33,045 nt of DNA from positions 1 to 33,045 of the forward strand of contig DGOT01000085.1 of the NCBI GenBank assembly GCA_002389465.1. Reading direction: 5' to 3'. Positions 7,511 through 14,318 of this stretch are shown in pieces. How positions within the stretch are numbered: position 1 is the first letter of the stretch; each line of letters opens with the position of its first letter. A program made the translations under genes and the position numbers. This stretch comes from Bacteroidales bacterium UBA4459 (GTDB lineage: Bacteria; Bacteroidota; Bacteroidia; Bacteroidales; F082). The notes under the pieces were generated by a model. The model was not told the DNA's origin. It did no database searches and saw only the letters and a list, made by a program, of their open reading frames with translations.

Positions 7511-8260
7511 ATGAATAAATTGCGTGCCCTTATAGTTGAAGATGAAGCTCCCGCAAGGGATTTGATCAAAGCTTTTTTAAAAGACCATAACCAAATTGAA
7601 CTGATCGGCGAATGCGATAATGGTTTTGATGCCGTAAAAACCATTAACGATCAAAAACCCGACCTGGTTTTTCTCGACATACAGATGCCAAAACTGACGG
7701 GCTTTGAGATGATTGAATTACTGGACGAAATACCCGAGATCATATTTACCACAGCTTTCGACCAATATGCCATCAAGGCTTTTGAGCTGAATGCCGTTGA
7801 TTACATTATGAAACCATTCTCGAAACAACGCTTTGCCGAAGCAGTTGAGAAAGTCAGCGAACGTCTGAAACAAAAAAAATCGGAACCTAAAGCAGAAAAC
7901 TTCGCCCGCAAAATGAAGGAAGAGGTACGTGAACTGGAACGCCTTTTTGTCAAGACGGGCAGCAAAATTGATGTGATCCCGGTAACGGAAATTGCACGGA
8001 TAGAAGCGCAGGATGACTATGTGTACATCATCACGGCTAAAGGTAAATTCTTGAAAAAAGAAACCATGAATTACCTGGAAAAAGCGTTACCTGAAAATAC
8101 GTTTGTACGCGTACACAGATCGCATATTGTCAATATTAATAACATACAGAAAATTGAAAAGTACGGTAAGGACAGTTCTGTAGTCATCCTCAAAGACGGA
8201 AGCAGCGTACAGGTAAGCAAGTCGCGTATCAAAGAGCTGAAAAACCAGTTGGGGTTTTAA
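7511..8260 (+). CDS. LytTR-family (LytR/AlgR) response regulator
   Basis: Receiver domain (ALIVEDE...DLVFLDIQMP) plus a C-terminal LytTR DNA-binding domain (FVRVHRSHIVNINNI). It starts 6 nt after the kinase stop. Confidence 0.9.
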   Translation: MNKLRALIVEDEAPARDLIKAFLKDHNQIELIGECDNGFDAVKTINDQKPDLVFLDIQMPKLTGFEMIELLDEIPEIIFTTAFDQYAIKAFELNAVDYIMKPFSKQRFAEAVEKVSERLKQKKSEPKAENFARKMKEEVRELERLFVKTGSKIDVIPVTEIARIEAQDDYVYIITAKGKFLKKETMNYLEKALPENTFVRVHRSHIVNINNIQKIEKYGKDSSVVILKDGSSVQVSKSRIKELKNQLGF

Positions 8261-8279
8261 ATAAGCTTGATAAGTTTCA

Positions 8280-8298
8280 CCGGAAAAACTTGTTCCGG
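8280..8298 (+). terminator. Short hairpin CCGGAA-N7-TTCCGG between the regulator gene and the downstream T9SS cargo gene
   Basis: Perfect 6-bp inverted repeat (8280-8285 / 8293-8298). No immediate T-run follows (TTTTG begins 12 nt later), so terminator function is doubtful. Confidence 0.2.
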
Positions 8299-8344
8299 CA
8301 CCTTGAAGTTTTGTACCTTAGCAGGTATCATAAACCTTCCGAAC

Positions 8345-9811
8345 ATGAAAACTTATCTGCCGAAAACAATTTTATTTCTGTTTACCTTATTTTTTCTGAC
8401 TTCCCATCCGGTCTTTTGCCAGTGGAATTACTGGGGCGATGCCATCGCTTTGACCGATTCGCTGTCGGATAACACAAACCCGGCGATCAGATATGTTCAT
8501 TTTGCTGATCCGGGCTATTACATGTTCTGGGAGAAATCAACTGAAACAACTTCTACCACCATTTATTACAAAAACTTTTACCAGGAAGACGAGCCGCACA
8601 TTTTCATGACTGCCGAGGGAGTTCATTATACAAATCCACAACTGATTGATACAAAATATTATCAGTCGAACGACACATTGTTTTATGTTTTCTACGAATC
8701 GGACGAAGAGGGATATAACAATATTTATTACCGGGTTTATAATGAAGCCGGGTTTACCGAGCCCCGGGTTTTAACAGAGTCTACAGAAGAAAAAACAGAT
8801 TTGCTTTGTAATAACTTTGGAAGAATTGCCTGGATAGAGCAAAACAGGATCATGCATGCAAAATTGGATGTCTATACACATATTATAGAAGAGGCTGTTG
8901 TGATCGACTCAGGTAACTGCTCTTTTCCATCTGTCATCCAAGCTGATGACGAATGGATGGGGTATGACGTTCCTGCTGTAGCATGGATTAAAGAGGTGAA
9001 TGACAGCTCCCGGATCATGGTACGAAAATATAATCAGCAAAACGGATGGCTCGAGCCCGAAGTTGTTTTTTCAGGCCCCCAGTGCCTGAATCTTTCGTTT
9101 TGCACCGGCATCGGAACGCCTGAAATACTATCCTGGGATTATTTTAATGATACAAGCTGGCACGTTGTATACTATGACCTCCAGGACGATTTAACGTACA
9201 TACCTGAATTCGACCTGAATGAACCTTTTTACCCTAAATTTTATTCCGGAATCATTCCGGTCAGCAAGTGGTTTGACGTTGGAATTTGTAGTGTTGTTTA
9301 CCTGCATGCCGACTCATCAGATATTTATACCTCACCATTTTATTACGGCGTATGGGCGCCAATTGAAGAATATCAAAATGTTTCCGGCTCTGCTAATCTG
9401 GTACGTAACCCAAAAATAATCAGCGGGAAAGTCATTGGTTGCAACCAGTATTTTATCAATATATGGGAGGAACAGGTAAACGATCACTGGCAGTTAAAAT
9501 ATGTAACGGCACATGAATGTTTGAGTATGATGGAAGAAAAAAATCTACCGTCCCCGCTGGATTTAAGGATAAACCCAAACCCGGTCAGTAAAGAAACAAA
9601 TATTTCATTTTTATTGGACAGGCCATCTGATATTATGCTCTCTATCAGGGATTTATCCGGGAAATTGGTGTCTGCGGTAGCTTCCGGTAAGCTGAACGCC
9701 GGACAATATGTATACGAGTGGAACGGAACCTCGCTGGCTCCGGGAATTTATATAGTCACTTTACAAAATGGTTCGGTAGTGACAACGAAAAAATTAATCC
9801 TTTCAAAATAA
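8345..9811 (+). CDS. Secreted protein of unknown function with T9SS C-terminal sorting domain
   Basis: I prefer the start at ATG 8345 (Met27 of the tracked ORF) because it gives a signal peptide MKTYLPKTILFLFTLFFLTSHPVFC|Q. The C-terminal ~85 aa (LRINPNPVSKETNISFLL...GIYIVTLQNG...KKLILSK) fit the T9SS C-terminal domain pattern. I recognise no other motif. Confidence 0.75.
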   Translation: MKTYLPKTILFLFTLFFLTSHPVFCQWNYWGDAIALTDSLSDNTNPAIRYVHFADPGYYMFWEKSTETTSTTIYYKNFYQEDEPHIFMTAEGVHYTNPQLIDTKYYQSNDTLFYVFYESDEEGYNNIYYRVYNEAGFTEPRVLTESTEEKTDLLCNNFGRIAWIEQNRIMHAKLDVYTHIIEEAVVIDSGNCSFPSVIQADDEWMGYDVPAVAWIKEVNDSSRIMVRKYNQQNGWLEPEVVFSGPQCLNLSFCTGIGTPEILSWDYFNDTSWHVVYYDLQDDLTYIPEFDLNEPFYPKFYSGIIPVSKWFDVGICSVVYLHADSSDIYTSPFYYGVWAPIEEYQNVSGSANLVRNPKIISGKVIGCNQYFINIWEEQVNDHWQLKYVTAHECLSMMEEKNLPSPLDLRINPNPVSKETNISFLLDRPSDIMLSIRDLSGKLVSAVASGKLNAGQYVYEWNGTSLAPGIYIVTLQNGSVVTTKKLILSK

Positions 9812-9816
9812 ACGCC

Positions 9817-10398
9817 ATGCAAAAGCCAACACATAACGATTATCCGGTTAATTCTTTGGTCAGACAAAGATGGAGCCCACGGGCTTTTAACGAAAAACCA
9901 ATTGATAAAGAAAGGATGTACAGCTTGCTGGAAGCTGCAAGGTGGGCACCTTCAGCTTTCAACGAACAGCCATGGCGCTTTATCATCGGGTTGAAAGGAG
10001 ATGGTACATATGAGAAAATACTGGGAACACTCGTTGAGTGGAACCAAAAGTGGGCCGGAAAAGCTCCTATGCTGGTTGTGAATCTGGCAAAAAAAACATT
10101 TACCCTAAACGAGAAACAAAATGTAACGTTTAAATATGATCTGGGCCAGGCGGTATCCTTCATGTGCCTCGAAGCTATGAATCATGGGATTTACGCACAC
10201 CAGATGAGCGGTTTTAGTCCGGAAAAAGCTGCTGAAGCATTTCATATTCCGGCGGACTATCAGGCGGTTTCGGTTACGGCTTTTGGCTATTACAGTAACC
10301 CGGATGAACTACCCGAAGACATGTATAAATCAGAAATGGAAAAAAGGGTGAGGAGACCGTTAGACGAAACGATTTTCTTTGGTGATTTCGAAAAATAA
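9817..10398 (+). CDS. Nitroreductase-family protein
   Basis: Motifs RWSPRAFNEKPI and AARWAPSAFNEQPWRF are typical of the NAD(P)H nitroreductase fold. I chose the start at ATG 9817 because the tracked 9718 start overlaps the upstream gene by 94 nt. Confidence 0.85.
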   Translation: MQKPTHNDYPVNSLVRQRWSPRAFNEKPIDKERMYSLLEAARWAPSAFNEQPWRFIIGLKGDGTYEKILGTLVEWNQKWAGKAPMLVVNLAKKTFTLNEKQNVTFKYDLGQAVSFMCLEAMNHGIYAHQMSGFSPEKAAEAFHIPADYQAVSVTAFGYYSNPDELPEDMYKSEMEKRVRRPLDETIFFGDFEK

Positions 10399-10457
10399 AT
10401 TACAATCTTTTATCATTTTTCCGTTTGTATAGTCGTTCGCACACAGTACATTTTGGT

Positions 10458-10465
10458 TACTTTTG
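10458..10465 (+). promoter_or_regulatory. -7 promoter box (TACTTTTG) for the M28/QC-like gene
   Basis: Exact TAnnTTTG, 19 nt upstream of the ATG at 10485. Confidence 0.4.
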
Positions 10466-10484
10466 AGCCTTAAAATTACGTTTC

Positions 10485-11483
10485 ATGAATTTAAAATCTA
10501 TTTTACCTCTAGTGCTTGTTGTTGTCTGGGTGTGCACTTCCTGCGATCAAAGCCACAAAGCGGCGAGATCGCAAAAAACGGAAACGGCAAAGAAGACCGT
10601 TAAAGTTCCCGCTTTCAATGCTGATTCTGCTTATTTTTTTGTAGATAAACAAGTTGCTTTCGGCCCGCGGGTTCCGGGTTCGGCACCACACGACCTGTGT
10701 GCTACCTGGCTGATTGAAAAATTCAGACAGTACAGCGACACGGTGATTGTTCAGAAATTTAAAGCACGAACTTATGATAACGTAGCGAGAAATGGGAAGA
10801 ACATCATTGCTTCGTTTCAACCCGAAAATAAACACAGGGTTCTGCTGATGTCGCACTGGGATTCACGCCCGTTTGCCGATCATGATCCTGACCCTTCGAA
10901 ACACCGTACACCCTTTGATGCGGCCAATGACGGAGCCAGTGGTGTCGGTGTATTGATCGAAGCAGCCCGCCATTTTAGCATCCAGCAGCCTGATGTAGGT
11001 GTGGACATTCTTTTATTCGACCTCGAAGACTGGGGGCCCCCTACGGATCTGGAGCTCTATAAGGACGAATACTGGGGCCTCGGTTCGCAATACTGGTCAA
11101 AAAATCCGCATGTTTTAGGGTATGAAGCTTCGTTTGGCATCTTGCTGGACATGGTTGGGGCTGCCAACCCAAAGTTTAAAAAAGAATATTTTTCCCTGCA
11201 GTATGCACAGTTTGTAGTGGATATGGTTTGGGAGCGGGCTTACGGTCTGGGTTACGGTGATTGTTTCTTAGATGAAGAAGGTACCGCCATCAATGATGAC
11301 CACGTGTATGTAAACAAATACGCCCGGATTCCTTCGATTGACATCATCCATCTGGACCCTGCTTCTTCCAACAGGAGTTTCTTCGAATACTGGCATACAA
11401 CAGGCGACAATATGGAACATATCGATAAAAGAAGCCTGGGAATGACAGGTGAAGTTATTTTAGATGTAGTTTATTACCAATAA
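10485..11483 (+). CDS. M28-family zinc enzyme, glutaminyl-peptide cyclotransferase (QC)-like lipoprotein
   Basis: 332 aa. The signal peptide has Cys residues near the cleavage region (VWVCTSC). M28-type metal-ligand motifs are SHWDSRPFAD, NDGASGVGVL, LFDLEDWG and WHTTGDNMEHID. Size and layout match the animal-like type II QC lipoproteins described in oral Bacteroidetes, but QC versus aminopeptidase cannot be decided by eye. Confidence 0.7.
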   Translation: MNLKSILPLVLVVVWVCTSCDQSHKAARSQKTETAKKTVKVPAFNADSAYFFVDKQVAFGPRVPGSAPHDLCATWLIEKFRQYSDTVIVQKFKARTYDNVARNGKNIIASFQPENKHRVLLMSHWDSRPFADHDPDPSKHRTPFDAANDGASGVGVLIEAARHFSIQQPDVGVDILLFDLEDWGPPTDLELYKDEYWGLGSQYWSKNPHVLGYEASFGILLDMVGAANPKFKKEYFSLQYAQFVVDMVWERAYGLGYGDCFLDEEGTAINDDHVYVNKYARIPSIDIIHLDPASSNRSFFEYWHTTGDNMEHIDKRSLGMTGEVILDVVYYQ

Positions 11484-11524
11484 TAATCCTGAGTTCCGGG
11501 TTTAAAGTTCGGAGTTGTTCTTTC
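11483..11524 (+). repeat. Left copy of 41/42-nt imperfect direct repeat bracketing the non-coding island
   Basis: ATAATCCTGAGTTCCGGGTTTAAAGTTCGGAGTTGTTCTTTC. It starts at the last base of the upstream stop codon. The 22-nt perfect core GGGTTTAAAGTTCGGAGTTGTT (11498-11519) recurs at 12386-12407. Confidence 0.9.
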
Positions 11525-11731
11525 CTGTTTTCCGCACTTTTTGAACTAACACACTTAATGTGCTGGTTTTCAGATGCAATTCCTTATATCAGGGTGTCTC
11601 ATAAGTCATTTTACCCAAAATAACGGGCTTTAATTGGGTATTCAGGTTTAAAGATCAGCAGATAGCATTTTTTTTAATCATAACATCCGTAATGTTTTCT
11701 ATTTTACGTATGCCCTCAAGCCGGGCTGGCT

Positions 11732-11763
11732 CTTACTTTTTTTCTTCAGCAAAAAAAAGTAAG
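11732..11763. repeat. A/T-rich palindrome (12-bp stem CTTACTTTTTTT / AAAAAAAGTAAG, 8-nt loop)
   Basis: Read directly: 11732-11743 pairs with 11752-11763. Confidence 0.7.
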
Positions 11764-11797
11764 CAAAAAATGCCGCCGCTGCTGAAAAAATTGCTAT

Positions 11798-11930
11798 AAA
11801 TCATGGCATTCCACTAAAAGAAAATAACTCCCCCGATTTTAGTTTTGTAAGTTTTTTGGCACAAAAAACAACAAAAAACTTTATCGGGGTCAAACAGATT
11901 TTCTTTTTTAACGTTCCATTCCATGATTTT
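11798..11930. repeat. Long imperfect hairpin (~133 nt, about 40 potential base pairs, tip loop GGCAC near 11858-11862)
   Basis: Nested complementary blocks: AAATCATGG(11798-11806)/CCATGATTT(11921-11929), AAAAGAAAAT(11816-11825)/ATTTTCTTTT(11898-11907), CCCCGAT(11831-11837)/ATCGGGG(11883-11889), then GTTTT/AAAAC and GTTTTTT/AAAAAAC near the tip. Confidence 0.75.
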
Positions 11931-12116
11931 CTTAACGCATTTTTTCAAAGGCGGGGTTCAGCCATCCTGATAGTCAGGCTGATATAAGTGGTTTTGGCAT
12001 GACAAACAAAAAATCAGGTAACAATTTCAATAGCAGGTTTCCATTAAAGCTCATCAATCTACCCAAAGCAAGCCTGCGGTGGGCTTCCCAAAACAGCGGG
12101 TTGGCGTTGGGGTGAA

Positions 12117-12263
12117 TGACAAAAGGCATACAGATACGTGCAAAAGCGTTTACGTTTCGGCTTCAAATATTCAGGCGGGTTTTGCGGGTAAGCCCGCCTG
12201 AACGGTGGTAGTCGGGCAGGCATTTGAATGCGCCTCTTTTGCCGTAGATGTTGCCTTTTGTCA
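12117..12263. repeat. Long imperfect hairpin (~147 nt, about 45 potential base pairs)
   Basis: Nested complementary blocks: TGACAAAAGGCA(12117-12128)/TGCCTTTTGTCA(12252-12263), ACA/TGT, TACG(12135-12138)/CGTA(12243-12246), GCAAAAG(12140-12146)/CTTTTGC(12236-12242), GGC-TTCAAAT(12159-12168)/ATTTGAA-tgc-GCC(12222-12234), TCAGGCGGG(12171-12179)/CCCGCCTGA(12193-12201). Confidence 0.8.
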
Positions 12264-12371
12264 GAGCGCGAGGGAGCATTTGTTTTGGGTCACTTTCTTT
12301 GGTTCGTTTCTTTTTGATAAAAGAAATGAATAAAAAAAAACTTTCACAGGTATCTCAGTGCGACAAACAGG

Positions 12372-12412
12372 ATAATCCTTAATTCGGGTTTAAAGTTCGG
12401 AGTTGTTATTTC
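12372..12412 (+). repeat. Right copy of the 41/42-nt imperfect direct repeat
   Basis: ATAATCCTTAATTCGGGTTTAAAGTTCGGAGTTGTTATTTC. It differs from the left copy by three substitutions and a 1-nt indel, and ends 22 nt before the stop codon of the convergent OMP gene. Confidence 0.9.
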
Positions 12413-12434
12413 TTGGCTGGAAATAAACGTTTTA

Positions 12435-13130
12435 CTAGAAAGGTGTAATCGTCAGGCCCACTGAAAACGGAGCCATAGCCGGCCCACTCCCTTTTTCAAA
12501 TATATCAGAGAACTGGTAATATCCGTACAAACTGACAAATTTATACCCGATTCGGAAAGTAGCGCCATACGACCATTTCTGAAGCTGACGGATGGTTTTT
12601 GTTGTTTCTTTCACCATGATCTGCTCATCAAAGCGATCGCCTTTATACTTTTGCTTGCTGTCGATCAAATAACCTACCTTAAAACCCGGCACGATCTTAA
12701 GGCCGTTTTTCCATCTCAGTTTTATTTCAACCGGTAAATCAATATAAGTAAGGTTAATTTTGGCTTTTCTGTACTCCACATCACTTGGTATGGAAACAAA
12801 TTTTATCGTATCATCTTTAATGTCTTCAATGAGCGAGTTTGAATACATGTTGTGATTTCTGATACCCAACCCGATGGCAAAAGAGACTAACTCCTTTTTA
12901 CCGATTTGCATGTTGTATTGCATAAATCCTGTAGCCCCTTGCTGTATGGTTCTTAATTCAAAAGACTCATCCATGAATGGCTCTTCCTTGCTAAATATCC
13001 ATATATCGGTAAATACGTCAGCGCCAACAGTAAATTTTCGTTTAGCACTCTCACTGATTACCTGCGAGAACGATTCGAAACTTAAAAGTACCAGTACTAG
13101 GGTTATGAGAAAAATATGCGGTTTTTTCAT
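12435..13130 (-). CDS. Outer-membrane beta-barrel protein (small porin-family OMP)
   Basis: 231 aa with signal peptide MKKPHIFLITLVLVLLSFESFS|Q. It shows alternating hydrophobic/aromatic beta-strand patterning and a C-terminal aromatic residue (...GLTITPF). Confidence 0.7.
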   Translation of the reverse strand: MKKPHIFLITLVLVLLSFESFSQVISESAKRKFTVGADVFTDIWIFSKEEPFMDESFELRTIQQGATGFMQYNMQIGKKELVSFAIGLGIRNHNMYSNSLIEDIKDDTIKFVSIPSDVEYRKAKINLTYIDLPVEIKLRWKNGLKIVPGFKVGYLIDSKQKYKGDRFDEQIMVKETTKTIRQLQKWSYGATFRIGYKFVSLYGYYQFSDIFEKGSGPAMAPFSVGLTITPF

Positions 13131-13159
13131 CTGATTAAATTTTATTCTTATTCTGTGCG

Positions 13160-13167
13160 CAAAGATA
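13160..13167 (-). promoter_or_regulatory. -7 promoter box (TATCTTTG on minus strand) for the OMP gene
   Basis: The plus strand reads CAAAGATA, 29 nt upstream of the start codon at 13130. Confidence 0.4.
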
Positions 13168-13192
13168 GCATTTGATATGACAAAATACCGAA

Positions 13193-13801
13193 CTATTCCT
13201 GCAGCAATTCATCAAGTATTCGTTTCATTTTCCCCGAGTTCCACCTGGCAGCCCCCTTTTTGCTTATAACTACCTTTCCATCTCTGCTGATAACAAATGT
13301 GGCAGGAATACTTTCTGAAGCAAAATCACGTGGAGCACTCCTGCTAAAATAAAACGGAAGGTCATTATACTCGTGTTTACCGGCAAAATCTTTTACTTTA
13401 TCAGGTTGTTCGCCGGTTACTAAAACAAAATGAACTTTATCTTTATATGTTTCATGCAATTCATTAATTCCGGGAAGTTCGCCAATACAGGGTGGACACC
13501 AGGTTGCCCAGAAATTCAGAAATACAGGTTTGTCCAGCAGTTCGTCCAGCAAGACGGTATTCCCTTGCATATCATATACCTGCCAGTTGCGGGCTTCATC
13601 ACTTATTTTATACTGGCTGCCGGCGGATAATTCGGATGGAGGCAAGGCTGTAATTCTTGTGAGCCATGACGAAACTTCTTTTCGAGTTCCCGGAATGATC
13701 AGCAGGATGATGAAAACAATAAAAAGAACGTCGGTGAAAATACTGAACGGTTTTTTCTTTTTAAGGTAGTTTTTCAGGTAATTTTTTAGTGAAAAAGCCA
13801 T
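13193..13801 (-). CDS. TlpA-family thiol:disulfide oxidoreductase, membrane-anchored
   Basis: 202 aa with an N-terminal TM helix (IFTDVLFIVFIILLIIPG), a thioredoxin CxxC site (WATWCPPC) and redoxin-like context. Confidence 0.85.
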   Translation of the reverse strand: MAFSLKNYLKNYLKKKKPFSIFTDVLFIVFIILLIIPGTRKEVSSWLTRITALPPSELSAGSQYKISDEARNWQVYDMQGNTVLLDELLDKPVFLNFWATWCPPCIGELPGINELHETYKDKVHFVLVTGEQPDKVKDFAGKHEYNDLPFYFSRSAPRDFASESIPATFVISRDGKVVISKKGAARWNSGKMKRILDELLQE

Positions 13802-13824
13802 AGGTCAGGACGGAAATATCAATG

Positions 13825-14235
13825 TTACGGTTTGGTGAGTTGTGCCCTTCTGTCCAGCAATTCGTCTATTTGCTCAGCTGTGAGGTTCGGGTCTTTCAGT
13901 ATTTCGTCAATTTTTTTAATGTCACTTTCGGAAGTGTCAATCTCAACTACCGGAACTTCTTCTTCGGCTTCGATAAAATCAAACTCTTCACCCAATTCTT
14001 CTCTGAGTTGTTTTACCAGTGTCCGTACCATTTCTTTAACAGGCGCGCCAAACTGCCCCTGTAGCTGGCTGGCAATTTGATCTTTCATGTCCTCGTAATT
14101 GTTAAAAAAGAACTGAAACTGCTGCAACATGTTCTTATCAACCCCCGGAATATCATCCATCGATTTCTCTTCCACCAGTTTTTTAAACAGCCTGAAAAGC
14201 TCGTCTAGGTCGTGTCTGAAATTTTCGTCTTCCAT
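13825..14235 (-). CDS. Hypothetical acidic, predicted helical protein
   Basis: 136-aa ORF that is strongly acidic (many D/E) with no signal peptide and no motif I recognise. Coding status is supported by length, its position 23 nt upstream of the TlpA-like gene on the same strand, and a -7 box upstream. Confidence 0.55.
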   Translation of the reverse strand: MEDENFRHDLDELFRLFKKLVEEKSMDDIPGVDKNMLQQFQFFFNNYEDMKDQIASQLQGQFGAPVKEMVRTLVKQLREELGEEFDFIEAEEEVPVVEIDTSESDIKKIDEILKDPNLTAEQIDELLDRRAQLTKP

Positions 14236-14243
14236 GATAACGC

Positions 14244-14251
14244 CAAAATTA
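14244..14251 (-). promoter_or_regulatory. -7 promoter box (TAATTTTG on minus strand) 8 nt upstream of the start at 14235
   Basis: The plus strand reads CAAAATTA. The short distance implies a very short or absent 5' leader. Confidence 0.4.
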
Positions 14252-14318
14252 GGTATTATTTAATTTTTCCATCGTTTTGTTAACGGTTATTAACAAACTA
14301 AATTATACATATCAAAAA

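Noticed and set aside
11998-12279. Short basic ORFs inside the island (plus 11998-12114, MTNKKSGNNFNSRFPLKLINLPKASLRWASQNSGLALG; minus 12279-12163, MLPRALTKGNIYGKRGAFKCLPDYHRSGGLTRKTRLNI)
   Set aside because: Both are 38 aa with no promoter box or conserved motif. The minus one lies within the long palindrome, and the plus one ends 3 nt before its closing stem. They are most likely by-products of the repeat-rich sequence rather than genes.
11483-12412. CRISPR array or type III toxin-antitoxin RNA repeats as explanation for the repeated 41-nt sequence
   Set aside because: There are only two full copies about 890 bp apart plus one degenerate copy. There is no regular repeat-spacer periodicity and no cas or toxin gene adjacent.
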